Position numbers and translations under genes: made by a program. From Gemmatimonadota bacterium (lineage in GTDB: Bacteria; Gemmatimonadota; Gemmatimonadetes; Gemmatimonadales; GWC2-71-9), in contig JANXXJ010000063.1 in assembly GCA_025350665.1 (NCBI GenBank), forward strand, positions 1-59,335: a stretch of DNA of 59,335 bases, given 5' to 3'. Under the pieces are notes generated by a model. It was not told the origin of the DNA. It did not search any database and was given only the letters and a program-made list of their open reading frames with translations. This document shows, in pieces, positions 20,401 through 30,113 of the stretch (the stretch's first letter is position 1; every line of letters starts with the position of its first letter).

Positions 20401-23376
20401 ATGCCATGGCGTTTGTCGGGGTTGCTGCTCGCCGGCTTCCTGGCCGCATCGCCCCAAACCGCGGCCGCCCAACAGCGCGACCTGAGCGGTTCCATCACCC
20501 GCGCCGATGACGGGCGCCCCATCGCCGACGCGACGATCACGGTCGTTGGCGGCGCGGCAACCACCCGTTCTGGTGCCAACGGCCGATTTTCGCTCGGTAT
20601 TCCCCGGGGCGGCTCCATCCAGATCCTGGTCCGGGCCATCGGCTTCGTTCGCCAGCAGGCGACGGTCGAACCAACCCAGTCCACCCTCGATCTCCAGCTC
20701 ACGGCGGACGTGTTCAAGCTCGAAGACGTGGTGGTGACCGGGCAGCAGACCGGGGTCTCCCGCCGGAACGCCGCGACCTCGAGTTCGGTCGTCGATGGCA
20801 GCGCGGTATCCCGGGTCGCGACACCGGCGCTCGACAAGGCGCTCGCCGGACGGGTGGCCGGCGCCAACATCCAGAGCAACTCCGGCGCACCAGGCAGCGG
20901 GGCCCAGATCATCATCCGCGGCACCAACACCATCAACGCCGCGGCCGACCCGTTGATCGTCGTGGACGGCGTGATCTTCAGTAACGCGACGGTCCCGACC
21001 GGTCTCTACACCGCGACCGGCAGCAGTGGCAATCCGATCAGCGGGGCTGCCCAGGACGACGGCGCCAATCGTCTCGCCGACTTGAATCCGAACGACATCG
21101 AGCGGATCGAAGTCCTCAAGTCCGCCGCGGCGTCGTCGATCTACGGGTCGAAGGCCGCCAACGGCGTGCTGGTGATCACGACCCGTCGCGGCGCCGCGGG
21201 AAAGACCCGGGCCGAATTGACCCAGCGAGTCGGCTTCTCCTCGTTGCTCCGCGGCTTCAAGCCCCGGGCCTTCACGGTCGCCGAAGCCAAAGATGTCTTC
21301 TCCACCGATGACGCCACCCTGGCGCCGTTTCTCGTCAATGGCCAGCTCCCGGTCTACGACCACCTGAAGGAAGTCGCCGGCAACAAGCCGATGGCGTACG
21401 AAACGGTCTTCTCGCTGAGCGGCGGATCGGAAACCACCAGGTTCTACACTTCACTCGAGGTGAAGAGCGAGGGCGGGATCATCGGCCACACCGGATCCCA
21501 GCGCCAGGCGATCCGGATCAATCTCGACCAGAAGCTCACCAACAACCTCAAGCTCAAGCTGTCGAACGGCTTCGCCCGGAGCCAGGCCGACCGCGGATTC
21601 ACCAACAATGACAACCTCGGCGCGAGCATTACCTATGCGCTGGCCTACATCCCGAGCTTCATTCCGCTCACCCAGAACCCGGACGGCTCCTGGCCGGCCC
21701 CCGCATTCACCTACGCCGGGGCCAACCCTCTCCAGACCGCGGCGCTCGCCACCAATGACGAGCAGGTGCTCCGCAACACGTCGGCGGCCACTCTGGACTG
21801 GTTCGCTCACCAGGGGGAGCGGAGTTCCCTCCAGCTGATCGCCGCGGGCGGCGCCGACTTCTTTTCGCAGAATGCCCAGATTTTCTCACCGCCCGAACTG
21901 TTCTTCGAGGCGGCCAAGTCAAATCCCGGCACCGCGACGCGCGCCAACGCCCAAAGCCGCTATCTCAACTGGAACCTGAACGCCATCCACATCTACTCGC
22001 CGGCCTCCGCCGCCTGGCGCGCCAGTACCTCGTTCGGCGCCCAGTACGAGGACCGGCTGCTCGACCGGAACAGCGCCACCGCGCGCGGCCTCCTGCCGGG
22101 CCAGTCCAACATCGACAAGGGCGCCGTCTTCGGCGAACAGATCGAGATCAACACGAAAGAACGGACCTTCGCGCTCTACGGCCAGGAGGAATTCCTGGCG
22201 TTCCGGGAGAAACTCCTCATCACCGGCGGTATCCGGGCCGAACGGAGCAGCGTGTTCGGCAACACCGACCACTACTACCTCTTCCCGAAGTTCGCCGCGT
22301 CCTACCGGTTCCCGGAACTGCTGGGCCAGGGCGCCGATCTCAAGCTGCGGGCCGCCTACGGCCACATCGGCAATCAGCCGCTCTTCGGCCAGAAGTACAC
22401 TGTCCTGAGCGGACGAAACACGATCAGCGGCAACGCCACCACCGTGGTCGGCGGCTCCGCCGGATCGCCCGACATCCGGCCGGAACGGACCAAGGAAATC
22501 GAAGTCGGTCTCGACGGCAGCCTGCTCCACAATCGCGCCAGCTTCGAGATCACCGCCTTCCGCCGGAACACCTACGATTTGCTGCTGTCCCGAACCCCGG
22601 CACCGTCGTCCGGCTACACCACCCAGTTCCTGAACGGCGGCCAGCTCCGCAACTGGGGCCTCGAGGTCGCGCTCGGCGTGACGCCGGTCCAGAGCCGGAA
22701 CTTCCGCTGGGAGAGCCGGAACACTTTCCAGCTGGTCCGGAACAAGGTGGTCGACCTGCCGATCCCCGACTTCCGGCCCTTCGGCGCCGGATTCGGCCTC
22801 GCCTACGGTGAGTTCTTCATTCAGAAGGGCCGGCCGATCAACCAGATCATCGGCACCACCGGTTTCGACGCCAACGGGGATCCGATCGTGAGCTTCCTCG
22901 GCACCTCGACCCCGGACTTCAAGATCGGATTCAGCAACGACGTGAGCTGGAGGGCACTCACGATCGGCATGCTGTGGGACTGGCAGAAGGGCGGTGTCGC
23001 CCAGAACCAGACCCTGTCGCTGTATGACTGCAACCAGCTCTCCGAGGACAGTGGCCGCCCGTCCGGGCAGGCCCGGGCCCAGGCGTGCCTCAACGACGGC
23101 ATCGCCACGCCGTTCGTCGAGTCGACGACCTACCTCCGCCTCCGCGAGGTCAGCATCGAGTACGAAGTGCCGCGCCGCATTGCCCAGAAGCTGTTCCGCG
23201 GGGCTGACGCGGCTCGGCTCTCACTCTCGGGCCGGAACCTGCTGCTGTTCACCAAGTACACCGGCTACGACCCCGAGTCGAGCAACTTCGGCCAGCAGGC
23301 CGTGTCTCGAAACGTGGACTTGGGCCCGTATCCTCCGTCCCGGAGCTTCTACTTCTCGGTCTCGGTGGGGTTCTAA
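20401..23376 (+). CDS. SusC/RagA-family TonB-linked outer membrane protein
   Basis: N-terminal carboxypeptidase-like domain, PLIVVDGV, DLNPNDIERIEVLKSAAASSIYGSKAANGVLVITT, terminal Phe. Confidence 0.93.
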   Translation: MPWRLSGLLLAGFLAASPQTAAAQQRDLSGSITRADDGRPIADATITVVGGAATTRSGANGRFSLGIPRGGSIQILVRAIGFVRQQATVEPTQSTLDLQLTADVFKLEDVVVTGQQTGVSRRNAATSSSVVDGSAVSRVATPALDKALAGRVAGANIQSNSGAPGSGAQIIIRGTNTINAAADPLIVVDGVIFSNATVPTGLYTATGSSGNPISGAAQDDGANRLADLNPNDIERIEVLKSAAASSIYGSKAANGVLVITTRRGAAGKTRAELTQRVGFSSLLRGFKPRAFTVAEAKDVFSTDDATLAPFLVNGQLPVYDHLKEVAGNKPMAYETVFSLSGGSETTRFYTSLEVKSEGGIIGHTGSQRQAIRINLDQKLTNNLKLKLSNGFARSQADRGFTNNDNLGASITYALAYIPSFIPLTQNPDGSWPAPAFTYAGANPLQTAALATNDEQVLRNTSAATLDWFAHQGERSSLQLIAAGGADFFSQNAQIFSPPELFFEAAKSNPGTATRANAQSRYLNWNLNAIHIYSPASAAWRASTSFGAQYEDRLLDRNSATARGLLPGQSNIDKGAVFGEQIEINTKERTFALYGQEEFLAFREKLLITGGIRAERSSVFGNTDHYYLFPKFAASYRFPELLGQGADLKLRAAYGHIGNQPLFGQKYTVLSGRNTISGNATTVVGGSAGSPDIRPERTKEIEVGLDGSLLHNRASFEITAFRRNTYDLLLSRTPAPSSGYTTQFLNGGQLRNWGLEVALGVTPVQSRNFRWESRNTFQLVRNKVVDLPIPDFRPFGAGFGLAYGEFFIQKGRPINQIIGTTGFDANGDPIVSFLGTSTPDFKIGFSNDVSWRALTIGMLWDWQKGGVAQNQTLSLYDCNQLSEDSGRPSGQARAQACLNDGIATPFVESTTYLRLREVSIEYEVPRRIAQKLFRGADAARLSLSGRNLLLFTKYTGYDPESSNFGQQAVSRNVDLGPYPPSRSFYFSVSVGF

Positions 23377-23377
23377 T

Positions 23378-24793
23378 ATGCGACGACTCTCGATGCACAC
23401 CGCCACGACGCTGCTCGCCGGACTCACCCTCGGCTGCGGCAGCTTCGATATTCTGAATTCGAACGACCCGAGCGAGGCCGACCTCCTCACCAACCCGACG
23501 CCCTCGAAGATCAGCGTCGCCGGCACCGGTCTCTTCGTCGGCGCCCGCGCCGGAGTAACCGGAGAGATCTGGATTCTTGGCTCGTATGGGCGTGAAGGCG
23601 TCCGTCTCCTCGGCAACAACCAGCCGGACTATCAGGAGCCGTTCTTCGGCCCGATCCAGCAACAGCGGGCCGTGGCCTGGGGCGCCGAATTCACCAACAT
23701 CCGGAGTGCCAACATCTTCCTCGCGGCCCTCGCCAAGACCACCCAGCTCTCGGCCGCGCAGAAGTCAGCCGGAATCGGGCTGGCCCAAACGCTCAAGGCG
23801 CTGGCGGTGTTCAAGGTGATCGCGGTCCGCGGGAAACTCGGTGCTCCGGTGGACGTCGGCCGGGCGCTGTCGGAGGACCCGGCGCCGTTCCTGACGGAAG
23901 ATGGGGTCTACAACTACATCCGGGCCCTCCTCGACAGCGCCAAGACCAATCTCGGCGCCGGCTCGGCGGCGAACTTCCCGCTCGTGCTGCCCGGTGGATT
24001 TTCGGATTTTGCCACGCCGACCGAGTTCCTGAAATTCACCCGGGGCCTGGCCGCCAAGGCCGAAGTGTTCCATGGATCGGCGGGCTGCGGAATCACGTGC
24101 TACCAGCGGGCGCTGACCGAGTTGAGCGCGAGCTATCTGACGTTCGACCCTGGTGCGTTGGCGTTCGGGCCGTATTACGACTTCTCCTCCGGCCCAGGCG
24201 ACTCACCCAACAACCTTTCCGATCCGCTGAACGGCGCCGATTTCTTTGCCCTCCGGGTGAACCAGACCGACGCTCAGCTCCAGCCCAGCGGCGACATGGA
24301 CCAGCGGGTGCTCGACAAGGTCGCGGATGCCACCCGCGATCCGCCGCAGACAGTGGGCGGCTTCCCGATCACCGGCGAGCTCAAGTTCACCAACTATCTC
24401 GCCGGCGGCCGGCCGAACACCGGGGCGGGAATTCCGATCCTCAAGAACGAGGAACTGATCCTGCTTGGCGCTGAGGCCAACCTCGGAATCGGCAACAAGG
24501 CGGCGGCGATCACGTACCTGGACTTCGTCCGGCAGAATGCTGGCGGTCTGGCGCCAACCACACTTACCGCGGCCAGTTCCACCGCCGCGCTGCTCGACGA
24601 GTTGCTCTACAACCGGCGCTACTCGCTCCTCTGGGAGCAGGGCGCGCGGTGGATCGATGCCCGGCGCTACAACCGGCTCTCTACCATCCCGGTGATCGTG
24701 CCGGATGGCGCTGTGCCGGCCGAGGTCCCGATTCCCGAGGCCGAATGCCAGGCTCGGAATCTCACGGCTCCGTGCCGCCCGGCGGGCAACTAA
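23378..24793 (+). CDS. SusD/RagB-family lipoprotein
   Basis: Lipobox LTLGC; EELILLGAEA, RRYSLLWEQGARWIDARR; 1 nt after susC. Confidence 0.9.
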   Translation: MRRLSMHTATTLLAGLTLGCGSFDILNSNDPSEADLLTNPTPSKISVAGTGLFVGARAGVTGEIWILGSYGREGVRLLGNNQPDYQEPFFGPIQQQRAVAWGAEFTNIRSANIFLAALAKTTQLSAAQKSAGIGLAQTLKALAVFKVIAVRGKLGAPVDVGRALSEDPAPFLTEDGVYNYIRALLDSAKTNLGAGSAANFPLVLPGGFSDFATPTEFLKFTRGLAAKAEVFHGSAGCGITCYQRALTELSASYLTFDPGALAFGPYYDFSSGPGDSPNNLSDPLNGADFFALRVNQTDAQLQPSGDMDQRVLDKVADATRDPPQTVGGFPITGELKFTNYLAGGRPNTGAGIPILKNEELILLGAEANLGIGNKAAAITYLDFVRQNAGGLAPTTLTAASSTAALLDELLYNRRYSLLWEQGARWIDARRYNRLSTIPVIVPDGAVPAEVPIPEAECQARNLTAPCRPAGN

Positions 24794-24814
24794 CGCGACC
24801 CCGCAGCACAAACC

Positions 24815-24853
24815 ACGAGGCCCGGGTCAACACGACCCGGGCCTCGTTGGTTT
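24815..24853. terminator. Bidirectional intrinsic terminator
   Basis: 14-bp perfect stem ACGAGGCCCGGGTC/GACCCGGGCCTCGT between convergent genes, short T runs on both strands. Confidence 0.8.
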
Positions 24854-24866
24854 CCCCGCCCGCCGA

Positions 24867-27041
24867 TTACTGGCCCGGGTGGTACCGGCGCTGCACGTGC
24901 CCCTCGAGCTCGTCGGGATAGAAATAGACGTCGCGCAGTTTGCCCCCCGCGTACCGCTCGGCCTGATCGTTGAAGTGGGGCTCCCTGGGATCGCCGTTCA
25001 GGCCGCCGGCCGTTACCGCTTTGGCTCGAACCCGCTTTCCGAATTCGACCACCGCCACGAAACTGTTGCCGCTGGTGCCGTACATCCGCTTGGTGCCGGG
25101 ATAGGTCCGCGCGCCGAACGACGCCAGCGACCCCCACTGGGCCGAGGCGAACGGCACCGGAATGCTGGGGCCCGCATCGTTGAACGGCTGGATGATGTCT
25201 CCTGTAAGGCGCTGGAATCGGTTGATCTCACCCCAGGGCGTCTTCCACGAGCCGAAATCCGTCGTGAGCCGGTCCACCGCCGCCGTCAGCGCGCCTAGTC
25301 GCTGCGCGACCGTGGTCCGCTTCGCCATGTAGGCGTATACGGACATGGCCTCCGACTCGGCGTCGGCCCGGGTGATCCGCCAGAGCTCCTGACCCCAATA
25401 GACCGCGAGTGAGGTCGGCACCGACTCGGCACCCCAGCGCCGGTCCCAGCCGCGAAGCGCCGCCACCGGCTCGGCCAGCCTGGCCTTGACCGGGTCCCCC
25501 ATGGCCGCGGCGTCGTACGACTCGAACAGCCCGGGGAGCAGGTCGTCGAAGGCGGGAAGATCCCGGTCGAACGCCACGGCGATCAGGGTGTCGAGGGTGT
25601 AGTGGTCGTGACGGCCAAGGGCCCGGAGGGCGTGGATCCCCCGGGGATTCTCGCCAGCCTGGTCGAAGTAGGCCGGATAGTCCGATCCCTTGGGGCTGTT
25701 CGGGCCGGCGGCCGAGTAGGGCCAGTTGTTGGTGTTGAAGACCCAGCCGGTGCCGGGGTTCTTCAGGTTGGGACTCTCGTCGATGGAATGGATGCCGCGG
25801 TACTCGGTGGCCGGATCGCTCCCGTCCACGGGGCGAGTCCAGTCGAACCGCGGGTCCCGGCGCGGGACGCGGTTGGCGTGGAAGTAGGCGATGTTGCCGC
25901 CCGCATCGGCGTACAGGGTGTTGTTCGAGGAGTTGGTGTGGAGCTCCATCGTCTTCCGGAACGAATCGTATCCGGTGGTCTTGATCCTGGTATACGACTG
26001 AGTCAGGGCCTTGACCGGTTCCTCCATCAGCCGGAACGCGATCCACTTGCCGTCGGCCGCGCGGACGATCGGCCCGTGGTGGCTCCGGTAGATGGTGAAG
26101 GTCCGACGGCCCATCCCGTTGGGCGTCTGGAAATTGATGGTCACTTTCCGCGACATCATCCGGCGGGTTGCCGCCCCGTACTTGTACGTCACGACCCGCG
26201 GCCCTGCCGTCACGGTCTCGGCGTATTCGTCGACGGCGTCGGCGCCACTCGAGGTGTGCATCCAGCCGTTCTTCTCATTGAAGCCCTGGTAGACGAAGAA
26301 CTGGCCCCAGGTGATGGCACCATAGGCATTGAGCCCCTCGTCGCTCTGGACCTGGGCTTCCTCGCGGAAGAAGAACGAGGTGTGGGGATTGATGAGCAGC
26401 ATCGCGGCACCCGACTGGGTCCGCGAGGGCCCGATGGCGATGCCGTTCGACCCGCGCGGCTCCGGCATCACGCCCTGGTCGGCGCCCTGGCCCGGCGACG
26501 GCGCTGACGCCGCGGGCCGCTTGTCATAGAAGGCCGCCAGCTGCTCCAGCGGAACCCGCTCGATATCCCAGCCAATGCTGCCCTCGGTGAACGACATCAC
26601 CATCCAGGGCTCGAACCGGGTCAGGACTTTCGGCTTGACCGCCGGATGGGACGCCAAAAAGTAGTTGAGCCCGTCGGCCCAGGCGTTCATCAGCTTCCGA
26701 AGCCAGAGCGGGCTCCGGGCATATTGGCGCTTCATGCTGTCGGGATCGGCGATCAGTCGCATCCGCAGATCCCGGTAGATCGCTGCTTCACCCTCAGCCT
26801 CCGCCACCCGTCCCAGCGCATTGAGATAGTTCATCTCGATCCGATTGAAGTCGTCCTCGGCCTGGGCATAGATCAGGCCGAAGACGGCGTCGGCGTCGGT
26901 GTGTCCCTTGACGTGCGGCACGCCCCAGTCGTCGCGGGTGATCGTGACGGCATCGGCCTGCCGCTTCCAGCGGGCCTGTTCGGGATCCTGCGGCGCAGGG
27001 GACGCCACGGACATGATGACCGCAAGAAGGAACGCTGGCAT
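24867..27041 (-). CDS. Penicillin acylase family (S45 Ntn-hydrolase), secreted
   Basis: ITRDDWGVPHV, YAQAED, GSNGIAI (beta-subunit N-terminal Ser), LINPH, PHFNDQA. Confidence 0.92.
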   Translation of the reverse strand: MPAFLLAVIMSVASPAPQDPEQARWKRQADAVTITRDDWGVPHVKGHTDADAVFGLIYAQAEDDFNRIEMNYLNALGRVAEAEGEAAIYRDLRMRLIADPDSMKRQYARSPLWLRKLMNAWADGLNYFLASHPAVKPKVLTRFEPWMVMSFTEGSIGWDIERVPLEQLAAFYDKRPAASAPSPGQGADQGVMPEPRGSNGIAIGPSRTQSGAAMLLINPHTSFFFREEAQVQSDEGLNAYGAITWGQFFVYQGFNEKNGWMHTSSGADAVDEYAETVTAGPRVVTYKYGAATRRMMSRKVTINFQTPNGMGRRTFTIYRSHHGPIVRAADGKWIAFRLMEEPVKALTQSYTRIKTTGYDSFRKTMELHTNSSNNTLYADAGGNIAYFHANRVPRRDPRFDWTRPVDGSDPATEYRGIHSIDESPNLKNPGTGWVFNTNNWPYSAAGPNSPKGSDYPAYFDQAGENPRGIHALRALGRHDHYTLDTLIAVAFDRDLPAFDDLLPGLFESYDAAAMGDPVKARLAEPVAALRGWDRRWGAESVPTSLAVYWGQELWRITRADAESEAMSVYAYMAKRTTVAQRLGALTAAVDRLTTDFGSWKTPWGEINRFQRLTGDIIQPFNDAGPSIPVPFASAQWGSLASFGARTYPGTKRMYGTSGNSFVAVVEFGKRVRAKAVTAGGLNGDPREPHFNDQAERYAGGKLRDVYFYPDELEGHVQRRYHPGQ

Positions 27042-27152
27042 GGCGAGGCCTGTGATCGGAACGGGGTGGAGCCGGATTGTACCGGCCCCGGATTCTATGC
27101 CACCGGCCGGGGAGCCACTAGGGGCACGCTGATCGAACTAGTGTGCATGTGT

Positions 27153-27190
27153 TTGATTTCATGCGTAGCAATGCTATGATACATGCATGT
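27153..27190 (+). promoter_or_regulatory. Extended -10 promoter and operator palindromes of second TA operon, probably leaderless
   Basis: TTGATT-N16-TATGAT with TGn extension; ATG 6 nt after the -10; dyads TAGCA-A-TGCTA and ACATGCATGT. Confidence 0.65.
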
Positions 27191-27477
27191 CAAAACCTGA
27201 TCCCTCTCGCCCCAAGCTGGTCCGGGAACCGGTGCAGGCCTACCTCGCCGGCGACGACGTCGAGCTGTTGAACCGCATGACGGAAGAGACCGGCCTGTCC
27301 AAGGCGGAAATTCTCCGGCGCGGTCTCCGGAGCTTCGCCGCTGAGCAGGGCGGTGAGAGCCCGATGCTTCGCTTTATGGGGGAGCAGGACAGCCGAGGCT
27401 GGCCCGACCATGCCGCTGCCGGGCACGATGAGTTGCTGGCCGACGCCTACAAGGCACCGAGGAAGCGCCGCAAATGA
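27187..27477 (+). CDS. CopG/ribbon-helix-helix antitoxin
   Basis: PVQAYL...LNRMTEETGLSKAEILRRGL; ATGA overlap with PIN gene. Confidence 0.85.
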   Translation: MSKPDPSRPKLVREPVQAYLAGDDVELLNRMTEETGLSKAEILRRGLRSFAAEQGGESPMLRFMGEQDSRGWPDHAAAGHDELLADAYKAPRKRRK

Positions 27478-27884
27478 AATCGATGTTCCTCGACACCTCG
27501 GGATGGTTTGCCGCCATGAGTCCCAGGGAGGCACACCACAATGCGGCGTTGAGCGCTTACCGGGCCCGGATCGAGGGCCGCGCCCGTCTGGTGACGACCA
27601 ACCTGGTGGTCGCGGAGATGGAGGTTCTGCTGATGCGATTCCGGGGCCCGGGCGAGGGGCTCCGGTTCATGGAGAGCCTCTATCAGGATCCAGGCCATCA
27701 GGTGGTCTTCGTCGACCGTGACCTCGAGCGGGCCGCGATCGACCGGTGGATCCGCCGGTTTCGGGATCAGCGGTTGAGTTTGGCGGACGCCACGAGTTTC
27801 GAGGTGATGCGACAGCGGCAGATTCACGAGGCGCTCGCCCTGGACGAGCACTTCGAAATGGCGGGCTACGAGCTGGTACCCTGA
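27474..27884 (+). CDS. vapC: VapC-family PIN-domain toxin
   Basis: FLDTSGW, TTNLVVAE, SLADATSF, LALDEHF. Confidence 0.9.
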   Translation: MKSMFLDTSGWFAAMSPREAHHNAALSAYRARIEGRARLVTTNLVVAEMEVLLMRFRGPGEGLRFMESLYQDPGHQVVFVDRDLERAAIDRWIRRFRDQRLSLADATSFEVMRQRQIHEALALDEHFEMAGYELVP

Positions 27885-27909
27885 CTCGGCCTGATCGAAT
27901 CCGGGCGCC

Positions 27910-29457
27910 TCACGGCCGGAGCCCGAACCGGCTCGGCCCTGGCGCCCGCAGCGGCGCGGCGAGGTTGGCGAACTCGCACAGGACCCGCCGGGTCTCCCGC
28001 GGATCGATGATCTGCTCGACCAGATACTTCTCGGCGGTCCGAAAGGGCGACCGGACCTTCTCGAGACGCGCCGTGATCTCGGCCATCAGCAGGTCGGGAT
28101 TCTCGGCCTTGGCAAGATCCGATTTGTAGGCAGCCTGGATCCCACCCTCAATCGGCAGCGAGCCCCAGTCCGCCGAAGGCCAGGCGTAGCGGTAGCGGTA
28201 ACGCGCGTGGTTCCCATGTGACGCCCCCGCCACGCCGAACGCCTTTCGGATCACGACCGTGCACCACGGCACCGTAGCCTGGTAGATCGCGGCCAGGGCC
28301 CGGGCGCCCCAACGCATCGTATTCTCGCGCTCGGCCTTGACGCCGATCAGGAAACCGGGGTTGTCCACCAGGTGAACGATCGGCAGATGAAAGGTCTGGG
28401 CCAGATCGAGAAACCGGATCATCTTCTCGGAACTCGCCGCCGTCCAGAGGCCGCCCAGCACGAACGGATCACTCGCGACCACGGCGACCGGCCAACCGTC
28501 GAGCCGGGCGAACGCCGCAATCACCGAGGGTCCGTTGTAGCGCCCGATCTCGAACACTGATCCAAGATCAAAGATGGCCTCGAGAATCGGCCGCATCTTG
28601 TAGACCCGGCGGCGGTCCCGCGGAACCGCGCCGATCAGCCAGTCGTCGGCGCGAGCCGGATCGTCCGTCCGGGGCGCTCGGGGCGGCAGGTCCCACACCG
28701 ACGACGGCAGATACGACAGAAACCGGCGGGTCCGCTCGAACGCTTCCTCCTCGCTCTCCACCTCCTCGTCGATCCCGCCATTCCGGGTGTGGATCGAGCT
28801 GCCACCCAGTTCCTCCTTGGTGACCTTCTCGCCGACCGCGGCGACGACCGGCGGACCGGCCACGAACATCTGGGCCTGCCCCTTCACCAGCATCGAGTAG
28901 TGGGTGGAGACGAGCCGCGCGGCCCCCAGGCCGGCCACCGGGCCCAAGCCCAGGCCCACGACCGGCACGGTGGCCAAATTCGCAACCAGGTGATCCCAGC
29001 CGTGCAGCGTCGGGAGATAGGTGTACCCGCTCGACGCCAGCGTCTTGACCGAGCCGCCCCCGCCGGTGCCCTCGATGAGACGGACCATCGGGAGCCGGTA
29101 TTCGTTGGCGAGCTGCTCGGACGCGGTCTGTTTGTCGTGAATCGCCGCGTCCGCCGCCCCGCCTCGCACCGTGAAGTCATCGCCCGACACGACCACCGGC
29201 CGCCCCTCGATCTGGCCCCGACCATAGATCGTGTTGCTGGCGGAGAACTTGACGAAGTTCCCCTGATCATCGTACTCCCCGAACCCGGCGAGCGCCCCCA
29301 CCTCGTGGAACGAGCCCGGGTCGAGCAGCCGGTCGAGACGCTCCCGAATGGTCAGCCGGCCGGCATCGTGCTGCCGCTTCACTTTGTCCTCGCCGCCCAT
29401 CTCGCGGGCCATGGCCTCACGACGGCGGAGTTCGTCGACTTCCTTCTGCCAGCTCAT
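27910..29457 (-). CDS. Acyl-CoA carboxylase carboxyltransferase subunit
   Basis: GRLTIRER..LLDPGSF, DFTVRGG, AGPPVV, EELGG, DNPGFLIG, IIDPRETR. Confidence 0.92.
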   Translation of the reverse strand: MSWQKEVDELRRREAMAREMGGEDKVKRQHDAGRLTIRERLDRLLDPGSFHEVGALAGFGEYDDQGNFVKFSASNTIYGRGQIEGRPVVVSGDDFTVRGGAADAAIHDKQTASEQLANEYRLPMVRLIEGTGGGGSVKTLASSGYTYLPTLHGWDHLVANLATVPVVGLGLGPVAGLGAARLVSTHYSMLVKGQAQMFVAGPPVVAAVGEKVTKEELGGSSIHTRNGGIDEEVESEEEAFERTRRFLSYLPSSVWDLPPRAPRTDDPARADDWLIGAVPRDRRRVYKMRPILEAIFDLGSVFEIGRYNGPSVIAAFARLDGWPVAVVASDPFVLGGLWTAASSEKMIRFLDLAQTFHLPIVHLVDNPGFLIGVKAERENTMRWGARALAAIYQATVPWCTVVIRKAFGVAGASHGNHARYRYRYAWPSADWGSLPIEGGIQAAYKSDLAKAENPDLLMAEITARLEKVRSPFRTAEKYLVEQIIDPRETRRVLCEFANLAAPLRAPGPSRFGLRP

Positions 29458-30050
29458 GGGCGGGACGGCGCCACGGGGGGCGGCGGCACCGGCATCGTAC
29501 TCTTGGGCTCATTGGTGCCGCGGTGGCACATCACGCAGGAAACCTTCTCGTACTCCGCGTCCAGTTCCTTCACGGCGGTGAGCTCGTTCCGGTTGAGACG
29601 GTCGGTCATCACCTGCATCTGACGGGCAATCCGTTTGTTCTTGCGAGTGTCCGCGTCGAACGATCCGGCCGCGTGGCAGTTGGAGCAGGTCCAGCCGAGC
29701 CCACGGCCGTAGTTGGTATCCATGGTCTTGAGGAACTCGCCGGCCGTCATGGTGGCCAGGAACTTCACATTCTTGAATACCTTGCCGGCCGGCTCGTTCT
29801 CACGGCCCGCGATGGTCTTCAGGATCGAATCCACCGTGGCCCGCCGAATCGAGTCCTGGACGACCGGGTTCGGCGGCACCCTGCGCCGGGGAGCTGCCTG
29901 CGCCGGGGCCTCGGGGGGCGGCGCGGGCGCGGCGCCCGGAGCCGGGGCGCCCGGACGACTGCCCGGCGACGGCTGGCTGGGAGCGGTGTGAGTGCAGGCC
30001 GCAATGACCGCGGCGCTGAGGAAAGCAAGAAGCAGGCGCTGTTTCGACAC
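29454..30050 (-). CDS. Dihaem c-type cytochrome lipoprotein, PufC/CytoC_RC-like domain
   Basis: Lipobox VIAAC, Pro-rich linker, FKNVK, CSNCH and CVMCH, ARQMQVM. Confidence 0.82.
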   Translation of the reverse strand: MSKQRLLLAFLSAAVIAACTHTAPSQPSPGSRPGAPAPGAAPAPPPEAPAQAAPRRRVPPNPVVQDSIRRATVDSILKTIAGRENEPAGKVFKNVKFLATMTAGEFLKTMDTNYGRGLGWTCSNCHAAGSFDADTRKNKRIARQMQVMTDRLNRNELTAVKELDAEYEKVSCVMCHRGTNEPKSTMPVPPPPVAPSRP

Positions 30051-30113
30051 GAAGGACCCGGAAAGCCTTTGGAGGTGACGGAATATATCGCCCGCATCGG
30101 CTAACTTGATGCC

